57,321 bases of DNA from a virus. Lineage: Duplodnaviria; Caudoviricetes. Position 1 is the first letter of the stretch, and each line of letters opens with the position of its first letter. Made by a program: the position numbers and the translations under genes. Positions 1 to 8,402 of the stretch are shown here, one piece after another. The notes beneath the pieces were generated by a model. That model ran no database searches. It worked only from the letters and a program-made list of their open reading frames with translations, and was not told the origin of the DNA. The stretch lies in the IMG/VR virus record IMGVR_UViG_3300030012_004641, positions 1 to 57,321 of that record; one strand, 5' to 3'.

Positions 1-7
1 AGGAAAC

Positions 8-29
8 GAGGGGGACATACGTCCCCCTC
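8..29 (-). terminator. GC-rich hairpin, probable intrinsic terminator after the DUF932 gene
   Basis: GAGGGGGAC-N4-GTCCCCCTC perfect 9-bp stem just past the stop at 39; followed by GTTTCCT on the minus strand (window ends there). Confidence 0.7.
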
Positions 30-38
30 TCCTATATA

Positions 39-929
39 TTAGGCCGCTGCGGTCTCAGGCAAGTAACTGCTCGCAAGCTCCCACAACCCCTGATTGAGCT
101 TTACCTGCGACTTGAAACCCTTCACGGGACGGGCCTTACGCTCCTTTTTTCCTAATGCATAATTAAATTTACCATTCACAACTTTTTCCTGAATGCGGTT
201 AAATACTTCCCACAAACCATCACCATCGTCTTCCTTACGTGTTGATGCGAGGATATCCTCCATGTCAACAATCTTTTCAATCGCCTCTTCGGTTGTATTA
301 GTAAACCGAAGCATAGCTGCTTGACGAGCAAACTCAAGTTGTTGCTCACGCTCCAACGTTTGTTGCTTCATATCCTCTACCTGCTTGAGGTAATCAGGAA
401 TCTGCTCAACCAACTTGTTTACAGCACCCTTGATGGTTTCAAAGTCGTAACCGTAGTGGCGAACCTTCATTGAACCAAAGTCCTGCGACTTAACAACCAT
501 ACCATTTGAACAAACCAAACGGAAAATACCTACATCCAACTTGAATGCAGTAGTACCATCGTGACTGTTTGTCAACAACAACTCGGGGTATTCGGTTTTA
601 CCCTCTTGCATGAAATCATAGTTAACAAACTTAACCATGTGACGACCAACACCTTTACGCTTTTTACGTGAATTAACACGGTACGCATTAATAGGTGTCC
701 AACCCAACTTCATAACATCCTCAATTACCTTTTCAGTAGGTACATGAACATACTTATCAGTAATACCCAAGTGCTTACGCAATTCAGGGTTAATTTCAGG
801 GGTTGAAATCTCAGGACAAATCATCTTCAATTCATCCATAGTGAGTGAATCACGGTTTTCGATTTTCTGATTAACCGTGTTGATTAACTGCTGTGCAGTT
901 GAAAATTGTGTGTCTTGTACTTCAGACAT
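39..929 (-). CDS. DUF932/DUF945 family protein
   Basis: LLLTNSHDGTTAF and FRLVCSNGM motifs typical of the family. Confidence 0.85.
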   Translation of the reverse strand: MSEVQDTQFSTAQQLINTVNQKIENRDSLTMDELKMICPEISTPEINPELRKHLGITDKYVHVPTEKVIEDVMKLGWTPINAYRVNSRKKRKGVGRHMVKFVNYDFMQEGKTEYPELLLTNSHDGTTAFKLDVGIFRLVCSNGMVVKSQDFGSMKVRHYGYDFETIKGAVNKLVEQIPDYLKQVEDMKQQTLEREQQLEFARQAAMLRFTNTTEEAIEKIVDMEDILASTRKEDDGDGLWEVFNRIQEKVVNGKFNYALGKKERKARPVKGFKSQVKLNQGLWELASSYLPETAAA

Positions 930-965
930 GATACTTTTTTTAGGTTTTTAACTAACTTTCTTTTT

Positions 966-997
966 TAAATATACGATAAATTGGCTGGTAAACCAAA
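966..997 (-). promoter_or_regulatory. Bacteroidota-type -33/-7 promoter
   Basis: minus strand TTTG-N20-TATATTTA upstream of the DUF932 gene. Confidence 0.7.
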
Positions 998-1001
998 ACT
1001 C

Positions 1002-1289
1002 TCAAGCCCATTCGTTTGCCCAAGAAAACCTACTGTTTTTTCTTACTTTTCTAAGTGTCTTAATATCTTGTTCGTCTTTAAGGTGAACTATTTTTCCATT
1101 AAGGGGACCTTCATACAAATAGTTTGTATTATGATATAAAATAGGTCCATCATATGGTTCACCATTGACACGTCTACCACCAGCATACGATCTAAATGTG
1201 GTACAAGTTACTTGGTTCCATTCACCAGTGGACATTTCGACTTCAAGGTGTTTATATAAATCGAAATAGTATACTAAATTTTTACTCAA
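1002..1289 (-). CDS. hypothetical protein
   Basis: 95 aa ORF, TTG start overlapping the upstream stop. Confidence 0.6.
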   Translation of the reverse strand: MSKNLVYYFDLYKHLEVEMSTGEWNQVTCTTFRSYAGGRRVNGEPYDGPILYHNTNYLYEGPLNGKIVHLKDEQDIKTLRKVRKNSRFSWANEWA

Positions 1290-1453
1290 AATATCTCTTC
1301 AATAGCGTTTTTAACTAAAAGGAAAAAAGCATAAAGCATAGTGAACCGTAACCCAATCTCAATTGTTTTAAGTGTAGGGGGAACAACGTGTTTAAATGCC
1401 CAATCCTCAAATTGTTGAGCTAATTCATTGTAAGTCTCAATTATTTGTCTCAT
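1286..1453 (-). CDS. small hypothetical membrane protein (55 aa, not in ORF track)
   Basis: translated by hand: MRQIIETYNELAQQFEDWAFKHVVPPTLKTIEIGLRFTMLYAFFLLVKNAIEEIF; fills the gap with 4-nt overlaps at both ends. Confidence 0.6.
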   Translation of the reverse strand: MRQIIETYNELAQQFEDWAFKHVVPPTLKTIEIGLRFTMLYAFFLLVKNAIEEIF

Positions 1454-1680
1454 GGTTCAATATATTCTTTGTATAGTTTTTCATAACTAATACTTTGTAA
1501 TGTTTTAAATTGACGGTGATGGTATAATGGTTTAGCATCGTCATACGATTCGCTAAATATAGGCATACCACCTTTTAAACCGCTAAAAAACTGAGCGTCT
1601 TTATTTACTACTAGATATGCTCTATGTTTTACTTCAAATAAGTCATTTAACCTATCAATGTAGTATTTCGTTTTACCCAT
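1450..1680 (-). CDS. hypothetical protein
   Basis: 76 aa ORF in a tightly packed operon. Confidence 0.6.
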   Translation of the reverse strand: MGKTKYYIDRLNDLFEVKHRAYLVVNKDAQFFSGLKGGMPIFSESYDDAKPLYHHRQFKTLQSISYEKLYKEYIEP

Positions 1681-1903
1681 TCAGTTGTTGTTTGTATTCA
1701 TACTTATTTAATAATGTGATAATAGTATCAATGTGATCTCTAGCTTCACCTAACTTTTCAATTTGGGTTTTAAGCTCATCCATTATTCCTGGGTGTTCAC
1801 CAATACCAACAGCATCCTTAAGGTATAAATCTATTGTTACTTCAGCCTCAGCTGCTATTCCTTCGTAATGCTTTCTCGCTGCGTTTAATCTGTCTAAGTT
1901 CAT
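1673..1903 (-). CDS. conserved small phage protein
   Basis: YL..AVGIGEHPGIM motif recalled from small proteins of T4-like/marine phages. Confidence 0.65.
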   Translation of the reverse strand: MNLDRLNAARKHYEGIAAEAEVTIDLYLKDAVGIGEHPGIMDELKTQIEKLGEARDHIDTIITLLNKYEYKQQLNG

Positions 1904-2036
1904 AATTTATTTTATTTAATTGTCTTGCTAGTTTAAATAATGGTTCTGAATTGTGATTAAACCACTGTTTAACTGCTCTTTTCCATATTAATTGAATATA
2001 CAATTTTCTTATCTGTAAGCCAAATTTCTTAACCAT
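1848..2036 (-). CDS. hypothetical basic protein
   Basis: 62 aa ORF filling the gap between neighbours. Confidence 0.45.
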   Translation of the reverse strand: MVKKFGLQIRKLYIQLIWKRAVKQWFNHNSEPLFKLARQLNKINYELRQIKRSEKALRRNSS

Positions 2037-2499
2037 GAGCTCCCTTATTTGTTAAGTAATCAGCTGCTTTACTAGCTACTACTTCATCTGGTTTAGTAAA
2101 TACTTGAATACCAAGTGATGATCCCCAACCTGTAGCCAATGCTACTAGCTTATTTGAGTAGTATTTTTTGTCTTGATTCAAATCAAAATCAATTGCATGT
2201 AAACGTATGGGAGAATTTTCAGTAAACCAAGTAACAAACGACATAATTCGTTCTATTTCACCCATTAATCGCTCCCACTTAGTCAGTTTACGTGTTACTA
2301 CTTCTTTATGGTAAACATAATGTACACCTCTACTACCATAACGATATGCTACTACAGTGTAATAAACAATAGTACCATCACCTCTAAGTTTAGAGTCACC
2401 ACCAACATATATTTTAATGTCAGGATGTTTTGTAACTTGCTTTAAGGTATAAGACAAAATATCTATTGCTTTGCCGTTACTTTTTCGAAATATTTTCAC
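2029..2499 (-). CDS. RNase H-like YkuK/DUF458 family protein
   Basis: IYVGGDS ... IDFDLN ... ASKAAD acidic RNase H-fold motifs. Confidence 0.8.
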   Translation of the reverse strand: MKIFRKSNGKAIDILSYTLKQVTKHPDIKIYVGGDSKLRGDGTIVYYTVVAYRYGSRGVHYVYHKEVVTRKLTKWERLMGEIERIMSFVTWFTENSPIRLHAIDFDLNQDKKYYSNKLVALATGWGSSLGIQVFTKPDEVVASKAADYLTNKGAHG

Positions 2500-2608
2500 A
2501 ATAAGTAAAACTTATATTAGCGGTACAAGTTGAGTACCAATAAGGTTTATTAGGTTCATCTTTGGGCGTGCGAAGAGCACGTCTCATCGCGTCATAGTAA
2601 CTATCCAT
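2477..2608 (-). CDS. small hypothetical protein (43 aa, not in ORF track)
   Basis: MDSYYDAMRRALRTPKDEPNKPYWYSTCTANISFTYCENISKK; fills an otherwise empty gap. Confidence 0.4.
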   Translation of the reverse strand: MDSYYDAMRRALRTPKDEPNKPYWYSTCTANISFTYCENISKK

Positions 2609-3173
2609 CTGATTTAGCAAATTCGTCGTTAGCAACAATTTTATTTTTAATCTTTAAAAGCACAGCACAATCTTCATAACGTTCACCTGCTTCAAAGTAG
2701 TCAATTAGATATTCTAAATCTTTTACTTTTTCTTCAGGCTTCATAAACGCATTTAAAACGTAATCTGCTCTAAAATCATCATTTGTTTTAAGTAAATTGA
2801 GTGTTGTTTCATTCGCTTTGTGAATAAACTCATCAATGTCTACTTTTTCTTCTGGTACAAAACTAAACATAAATTGTGAAATGTCTTTTATAAAATCTTT
2901 GCTCTTAATTTTCTTGTAACTGTCCCAACGTTCATCTTCTTTAGACATAACTTCAAAACTATTGAACATGTCGTCCTTTTTTTCATTTAAATCCCAAAGT
3001 TCATCTGATGGGATTATAATTACAAACATACCAAAGTCCTGACTACCCTTACCAAATATTTGTTCTGATTTTACAGGGTAGCTTTGGCGCTTTAACCAAC
3101 CATGGCAGCGTAAATGCTGTATACCATCTTCAGTGGTTAAACATACTTCAATATAGCTTCTTTTAAATGTCAT
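2601..3173 (-). CDS. hypothetical protein with C-terminal UVR-like helical motif
   Basis: YFEAGERYEDCAVLLKIK resembles the UvrB/C (E.YE.A/C) motif. Confidence 0.55.
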   Translation of the reverse strand: MTFKRSYIEVCLTTEDGIQHLRCHGWLKRQSYPVKSEQIFGKGSQDFGMFVIIIPSDELWDLNEKKDDMFNSFEVMSKEDERWDSYKKIKSKDFIKDISQFMFSFVPEEKVDIDEFIHKANETTLNLLKTNDDFRADYVLNAFMKPEEKVKDLEYLIDYFEAGERYEDCAVLLKIKNKIVANDEFAKSDG

Positions 3174-4290
3174 AATCGTCTAACGCTCGGAAATCTTCAT
3201 CAGTGAATAAATCCTCTTTGTCTCCTTTTTGAATATATTTTTGAACTAACTGTCGAATATAAATACGCTCCGAATCAGTACCACCGTCATCTGGGTATTG
3301 GGGGAATATAATTAATTCTGCTATTTCCTCCAAATTAAAGTCGTCAAGCATCATTTCAGCTATTTCAAGTAACATTCTAGTTGATAATACACTAGATATT
3401 TTAGCGTTATCTCTACGTGCTTCATCACGTATTTTAGATGATATATCGCAAATCATTTCAGTTGATATAGCATTTAATTCAGGATACTTCATTGACAGCA
3501 ATTTCATTTCTTGATCCTTATCTAAAACATCCATTTCAACAACTGAAAAACGATCAACTAATGCTCTATCTAATGCTCTGGTACTACTATATTCATAACC
3601 TACATTTGCAGTTGCAATAAAACTAACACCATCTGCTACATCTATTACTGGTGAATTTGTACTTTCATCCAAACGTAACTTGCGTATATTCGCATCCAAT
3701 ACTGGCATCAATATGTTCCATGCTTCTGGGTTTGCTCGCGATAATTCGTCAAGTAGAATAACAGTATTCGGTGATTTAATTGCCTTAACAAATGCGGATT
3801 CTTCAAAATATGTTCCATCTTTAAAATACGTGTTTCCAATGAGCGCTGAGCGAACATCTTGCGTGCTACCCAAGTTAAAATAAAAGATTTGCTTATCAAG
3901 GGTCTCAGAAGCTTTAAATACAATTTGAGTTTTACCTGTACCTGCAGGCCCAACAAACATAAGGTTTTTACCCTTGCTTATACAGCGAGTTAAATATTTC
4001 CATTTCAAATCGCTGATAATAAAATCATCTGGTTTACTAGCCATTTTAGTTGATTTAGTTTGTGTAGGTGTTTGATCCCAAATCATATCGTTTTGTTCAA
4101 TAAAACTAAAACCATTACGAGTACCACGTTTATATATTGCAACGTACTGATTAAAATTAATAGCACGTTCAACCCGCTGTTTCATATCGGGTCTGTCTTC
4201 AATAAAATAGGGTGAATTAGAAAGCATATCAATTGCTTTAACTTTCTTATCTGTATCGTAATAGCCTTTCAGGATGTGAGTGTAGTTCAT
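3163..4290 (-). CDS. MoxR/CbbQ/CobS-like AAA+ ATPase
   Basis: Walker A GPAGTGKT, Walker B ILLDE, ATAN sensor, LDRALVDRF, STR sensor-2. Confidence 0.9.
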   Translation of the reverse strand: MNYTHILKGYYDTDKKVKAIDMLSNSPYFIEDRPDMKQRVERAINFNQYVAIYKRGTRNGFSFIEQNDMIWDQTPTQTKSTKMASKPDDFIISDLKWKYLTRCISKGKNLMFVGPAGTGKTQIVFKASETLDKQIFYFNLGSTQDVRSALIGNTYFKDGTYFEESAFVKAIKSPNTVILLDELSRANPEAWNILMPVLDANIRKLRLDESTNSPVIDVADGVSFIATANVGYEYSSTRALDRALVDRFSVVEMDVLDKDQEMKLLSMKYPELNAISTEMICDISSKIRDEARRDNAKISSVLSTRMLLEIAEMMLDDFNLEEIAELIIFPQYPDDGGTDSERIYIRQLVQKYIQKGDKEDLFTDEDFRALDDYDI

Positions 4291-4294
4291 ACTG

Positions 4295-4326
4295 TGAATA
4301 TACGAACAAAAATAAAGAGAGCCAAA
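4295..4326 (-). promoter_or_regulatory. Bacteroidota-type -33/-7 promoter
   Basis: minus strand TTTG-N20-TATATTCA immediately before the AAA ATPase start. Confidence 0.6.
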
Positions 4327-4336
4327 AGGCTCTCTT
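4315..4336 (-). terminator. intrinsic terminator
   Basis: AAGAGAGCC-TTTT-GGCTCTCTT stem followed by TATTTTTG on the minus strand, right after the stop of 4335..4562. Confidence 0.75.
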
Positions 4337-4562
4337 AAAAATGTGGTTTGCCAACCGATCTTTTTCGTGTAAAGTGGGGCGGTAATTTATTTTGGGAACT
4401 ATCGTATGGATACCCTTTTAAGTCACCTGGATAACCAGGTTGTAGTGGGTGTTCTATATCGCTTGGGTGTTTCCACTGGAAGTCTTCTTCACCGTCTTCC
4501 ATTTTAGCTTTATAGAGAGCCATAACATACTCCCTAATATATCGTTTTAATTTATCCTTCAC
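4335..4562 (-). CDS. hypothetical protein, possible internal head protein
   Basis: N-terminal KLKRYIRE motif shared with neighbours. Confidence 0.55.
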   Translation of the reverse strand: MKDKLKRYIREYVMALYKAKMEDGEEDFQWKHPSDIEHPLQPGYPGDLKGYPYDSSQNKLPPHFTRKRSVGKPHF

Positions 4563-4781
4563 TTACCTCGCTAAGTTTTCTAAAGTATTTGCTGCTTTGA
4601 TAAGCGCATCTCTTTGTTGCATTTTCGCATTAAGAAGTCTTGTTCCTTCTACACCATCATGAGTTTTTACAAGATTACGTAAATCTTGAGCCACTTTTAA
4701 CATTTCTGCTTTATGCTCATCGGTTACTGTGACTTCTCTTTCGCTAATAACTTCTCTAATTAGTTTTCTTAATTTATCCAT
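4563..4781 (-). CDS. hypothetical protein, possible internal head protein
   Basis: N-terminal KLRKLIREVISE motif. Confidence 0.55.
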   Translation of the reverse strand: MDKLRKLIREVISEREVTVTDEHKAEMLKVAQDLRNLVKTHDGVEGTRLLNAKMQQRDALIKAANTLENLAR

Positions 4782-4792
4782 AGCACTGTTGA

Positions 4793-5167
4793 TTAAAATC
4801 TATCATCTTCGAGTTCTTCAGCATAAAAGCGAAATAACTCTGCTTTTGTTTGGGTAGGTAATTTATAAAAAGCTTCAATACCGCCTGGGGAGGCCATACT
4901 AGTCATAAAATCATTGATGGTTCTAAAATTAGCCATAGTGTACTCTTCGTTAAGATTAAAACCTGAGTCTTTGTATTCAATATCGGCTTTTGCATCCTTA
5001 AGATATAACATAAGTCTATCAATAGCATCAATAGCTTCTTCTGTGTTCATGTCTTTAAGAGTACGGGCAGCTATTCCTATAAGATTTGTTTGGGGCTCGA
5101 CTTCGTTTACTTCTTCTTCGCTAAGATAGCGCTTGCGGTTCCATTCGTGTACATTAAAATTACTCAT
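4793..5167 (-). CDS. hypothetical acidic protein, possible internal head protein
   Basis: multiple L/V-x-E motifs (YLSE, VNE, LNE). Confidence 0.55.
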   Translation of the reverse strand: MSNFNVHEWNRKRYLSEEEVNEVEPQTNLIGIAARTLKDMNTEEAIDAIDRLMLYLKDAKADIEYKDSGFNLNEEYTMANFRTINDFMTSMASPGGIEAFYKLPTQTKAELFRFYAEELEDDRF

Positions 5168-5268
5168 GTTGATAAAAAATATATTATTGTTACAGCTAAA
5201 CTAAGCAACATTAGTGAAAATACTACTGGCCCTGCTATTTCGTTTTCTTCTGGTTCTTGATGTTCCAT
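5164..5268 (-). CDS. small membrane peptide (34 aa, not in ORF track)
   Basis: MEHQEPEENEIAGPVVFSLMLLSLAVTIIYFLST; ATGA overlap with the next gene. Confidence 0.45.
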   Translation of the reverse strand: MEHQEPEENEIAGPVVFSLMLLSLAVTIIYFLST

Positions 5269-5285
5269 TAGTTGTATATAAATAT

Positions 5286-5307
5286 TGAGGGGGCCGAAGC
5301 CCCCTCA
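5286..5307 (-). terminator. hairpin with C(UUCG)G tetraloop downstream of hsp20
   Basis: minus strand TGAGGGGGC-TTCG-GCCCCCTCA, perfect 9-bp stem; the U-tract is weak. Confidence 0.7.
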
Positions 5308-5331
5308 TGACTGACTGATCGTTTTGTCAGT

Positions 5332-5769
5332 TTATTTTATTTTAAGTGTTTTTGGTTTGTTTTCGTTAGCATAAGGGACTGTAATAACAAGTAGTCCATT
5401 ATTCATCTCAGCAGTCGCTTTAGCTAACTCAAAACGACGAGCTACTTTCCAACCAAAATTAAAGCTTGATCGCTTAATTCCAGTGTGGTAAAAACGCTTT
5501 GATGAAGTTGATTTTTTAGGTTTATCACCCCTGTCATGGGCGAGTTTAAGGATATCACCTTCAATAGTGATATCTACATCTGATTTATCTAATCCAGTAC
5601 AGGCGACTTCAAACGTTAAGCCGTTTTCATCTTCAAATACATCTACTGGGTGGGATACTGATCGGTTATCTGGTTTATTAAATACCGATTCATTGTCAAA
5701 AAAGTTCTTTACTAGAACATCAAGTGGCGATACAAATCGCGGGTCAAATAGGTCAATTTCGTGTACCAT
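5332..5769 (-). CDS. small heat shock protein (Hsp20/alpha-crystallin)
   Basis: PVDVFE...GLDKSDVDITIEGDIL...A.MNNGLLVITVP alpha-crystallin motifs. Confidence 0.93.
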   Translation of the reverse strand: MVHEIDLFDPRFVSPLDVLVKNFFDNESVFNKPDNRSVSHPVDVFEDENGLTFEVACTGLDKSDVDITIEGDILKLAHDRGDKPKKSTSSKRFYHTGIKRSSFNFGWKVARRFELAKATAEMNNGLLVITVPYANENKPKTLKIK

Positions 5770-5826
5770 GTTTTATAAGTTTTATGGCCCCTAAGGTGCC
5801 GGGTTAATTTTTAGATTGTCTGTTGA

Positions 5827-6138
5827 TCAATCAGTCAGATATACATATAAATAAAATCCATATCCCACTAATAAGTTAGTATGTAATGCAACTAAATTCC
5901 ATTGCCTAGCTAACCATACTTGTGGGATTGAAAGTGTCCCACCAATAAGGTAGGTATATACTCCTATATTATTATAAGCTAATAAATAAGGTGACATCAT
6001 TAAAAAAGCAGTACCCATATAACCTAATCGATTACATAACCGTTCTAATGGGGTTAAAGTTTTATCAGCAACTAAGTTACTAAGGAACTTATTAAGTCTG
6101 GGATATCGCTTATATTTTACTTTTTTAGAATGTACCAT
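5827..6138 (-). CDS. hypothetical membrane protein
   Basis: three hydrophobic segments. Confidence 0.6.
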   Translation of the reverse strand: MVHSKKVKYKRYPRLNKFLSNLVADKTLTPLERLCNRLGYMGTAFLMMSPYLLAYNNIGVYTYLIGGTLSIPQVWLARQWNLVALHTNLLVGYGFYLYVYLTD

Positions 6139-6311
6139 GGTGGAACATCTTTTTTATTTTTAGGTAATTTTCTAAATGTTTGTACAGAGGGGTAAATAAC
6201 ACCCCCGTGTGCAATTTGTAATGTTTTATCTTTATTTATTTCAGTTATAGTACCCTCTTCTAAAACACTAAACACATAAAACATTATCTTATCTCCTATT
6301 TTCATTTCCAA
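6117..6311 (-). CDS. hypothetical protein (SH3/KOW-like beta pattern)
   Basis: MKIGDKI...GTITEI pattern. Confidence 0.5.
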   Translation of the reverse strand: MEMKIGDKIMFYVFSVLEEGTITEINKDKTLQIAHGGVIYPSVQTFRKLPKNKKDVPPWYILKK

Positions 6312-6652
6312 AAAACTTGAATTAATACAATCGCAAAAGCTAACGCTAACGTAACAGCTGTTTTAGCAGTCAGTGCTTCATTCATGTGGAACCACGTCAA
6401 AAACGCAAACGCCATCATTCCCATTGCAAACCCAACTAATCGCTGGGGCCACAATTGACCCCCAAAGGCTATTACTAAGTGGTGAGTAGCATAAATATAT
6501 ACATAACTAATAGGTACGCCTAAAAACGAAACAACAATAGGGTGTTTTTTCATCCATTCACTTAAGAATTGTCCATTAATTTGATACCAAACTAACACCT
6601 GGCCTACTAAAAACAAAAATGCTCCTAGCATAAATCTAGCTATAAAACTCAT
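6302..6652 (-). CDS. small multi-pass membrane protein (DMT/EamA-like)
   Basis: four TM segments and a NEALT..T motif before the last helix. Confidence 0.55.
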   Translation of the reverse strand: MSFIARFMLGAFLFLVGQVLVWYQINGQFLSEWMKKHPIVVSFLGVPISYVYIYATHHLVIAFGGQLWPQRLVGFAMGMMAFAFLTWFHMNEALTAKTAVTLALAFAIVLIQVFWK

Positions 6653-6969
6653 TCTTCTAACTTTTTATTGATTACTTTTTCATCGCTAAATCGTTTGGTG
6701 TTACTTTCGATTACCCGGTTAACGGTAACCATGCTTTCGGCTTGTAGCCAGGCGTCAAAGATAGTGTCGGTGTGTTTTACTTCTTTAATCAATTTAAGTT
6801 CTTCAAGGCTTGCTCCTCGCTTTACAGCCTTATATAATTCTTTATTACAGATATCTTTTCCATCTTGGGCAACGTAGAATTTACCCTTGCTGTCAACCAA
6901 CGTTATCGCCTTAGGGAAACGCCGCTTGACATTTTTCTTTGCTAGTTGAAACCTTTCTTTTTTATCCAT
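6649..6969 (-). CDS. hypothetical protein
   Basis: 106 aa ORF in operon. Confidence 0.6.
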   Translation of the reverse strand: MDKKERFQLAKKNVKRRFPKAITLVDSKGKFYVAQDGKDICNKELYKAVKRGASLEELKLIKEVKHTDTIFDAWLQAESMVTVNRVIESNTKRFSDEKVINKKLEE

Positions 6970-7119
6970 TTATTCTTCTTTTAACTCGTCAGCTCCGCCT
7001 TTGCGTTGCTTCTTTTTTTTCTTATTTAATTTGTAGTATTCATAATCGTCGTCTAGAAAGTCGTCTTCATAATCTTTGAAGGACTTATTGCCGAAATGGT
7101 ATTCTTTTAGTTTACCCAT
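6970..7119 (-). CDS. small charged protein (49 aa, not in ORF track)
   Basis: MGKLKEYHFGNKSFKDYEDDFLDDDYEYYKLNKKKKKQRKGGADELKEE; its stop abuts the next ATG. Confidence 0.55.
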   Translation of the reverse strand: MGKLKEYHFGNKSFKDYEDDFLDDDYEYYKLNKKKKKQRKGGADELKEE

Positions 7120-7178
7120 GATTTCTATTGTTTTGTATATACGGATTAAATGTAGGGGTGGGTGATAGTAAGTTTTTT

Positions 7179-7835
7179 TTAATTTTGAAAATCGATAAAT
7201 TCGTCACCATCGTCTCCATCCCATAGTCCTAGTTCTTTTAAATGTTGTATATGTGAGTCATCCATATCCCAGGTTGGCTCGTCGTCTTTGTTAAATGTAT
7301 TTTCATTTACTTGATAATCCTCCATTTGCTTAAGTTGATTATCACTCCATATATTACCTATGTTTAAGAAGTAACAATTGTAGCAAAGGAATTCTAAATT
7401 ATCTCGTTTCCAATTCTTTTTGTTTTTATCTAAAAAGTTAAGCACAAGTGGCACTTTGTAATCTACAACTCTCCTCTCTTCAAACCCACAACAATTACAT
7501 TTTTCTTGTAGAAACCCTTCTTGAATTAACCGTGATTTAAGTATGTCAACAGTATAGTGTGATACGTCTACTCTACCTTCAAGTACATCTTCAAGTGGTG
7601 CTTTAATATTTTTCTTTGGTTTACCATAACCTCCTAAATGTTTTTTAATACCCTTACCTTGACGGTTTAAGTGCTTATCAAATAGTGTTTTACCCGTTTC
7701 GTTATCGTTAAATGTGAGCGCATAACGCTTATAAACATTATACGATACACCCAGGTAACGAGCAGCTGCTCTATTACTTAATGTATGCTTTTGAGCTCTT
7801 AAAACGTCGTCCTTTGTAAGGATTATTTTATTCAT
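7179..7835 (-). CDS. HTH plus degenerate HNH/Zn-finger protein
   Basis: SNRAAARYLGVSY HTH; CxxC ... NLEFLCYNC HNH scaffold without the His residues. Confidence 0.65.
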   Translation of the reverse strand: MNKIILTKDDVLRAQKHTLSNRAAARYLGVSYNVYKRYALTFNDNETGKTLFDKHLNRQGKGIKKHLGGYGKPKKNIKAPLEDVLEGRVDVSHYTVDILKSRLIQEGFLQEKCNCCGFEERRVVDYKVPLVLNFLDKNKKNWKRDNLEFLCYNCYFLNIGNIWSDNQLKQMEDYQVNENTFNKDDEPTWDMDDSHIQHLKELGLWDGDDGDEFIDFQN

Positions 7836-8239
7836 TTTAATGATTGAACTAGGTCCCAGAGTTCTTCTGGTGTATCCGAGGGTAATTCCTCACCCGTTTC
7901 TGTATTATTTAGTTGTAAAACTGACTCGTCTCCTGTATTCCATTTTTCATATAACCACCACTGAATGATTTGGTTTTGATTTTTATTAAATGCTACTTCA
8001 AGCAATGCTTCAATTGCTTGGACAAATGTTTCTTCAAAATTAACTAAATCAATTGCAAAATCGCTTTTCATAATTAGCGTTCTGTCATTAGCATATTTAT
8101 AATTTTCTATAAACCTAATGAATGCTTCTTTCTTAATTAAACCTTTTACTGGACGTTGTCTAGTGACAGTGCCTTTAATTTTAAGGATATTTTTAAGGTC
8201 TTTTTTTAACTGATCATTTGCCATCTGTAGGTTGTTCAT
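7832..8239 (-). CDS. hypothetical protein
   Basis: IQWWLYE...TPEELWD motif seen in phage hypotheticals. Confidence 0.6.
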   Translation of the reverse strand: MNNLQMANDQLKKDLKNILKIKGTVTRQRPVKGLIKKEAFIRFIENYKYANDRTLIMKSDFAIDLVNFEETFVQAIEALLEVAFNKNQNQIIQWWLYEKWNTGDESVLQLNNTETGEELPSDTPEELWDLVQSLK

Positions 8240-8402
8240 AAACCGAAAATATTTCTACTAACTGATCTGGTCTCAATTGTTTAATAGCAGCAAATGTATT
8301 AATAGCTTCAGTAAGAGATTCTGCTACACACTTATTAATGCGTTCTCCTCTTACCCCTTCACCGCTGGTTTTTGTTTCTAAAACGTAAGTTGTCTTACTC
8401 AT
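8214..8402 (-). CDS. hypothetical protein
   Basis: 62 aa ORF with an ATGA overlap. Confidence 0.55.
   Translation of the reverse strand: MSKTTYVLETKTSGEGVRGERINKCVAESLTEAINTFAAIKQLRPDQLVEIFSVYEQPTDGK

Noticed and set aside
2500-2600. Relatively GC-rich gap considered as a tRNA or ncRNA
   Set aside because: No cloverleaf or TTCGA T-loop; better explained by a 43 aa ORF.
5770-5850. CIRCE heat-shock operator before hsp20 (also looked for before groES)
   Set aside because: No TTAGCACTC-N9-GAGTGCTAA match; groES has only a 2-nt upstream gap.
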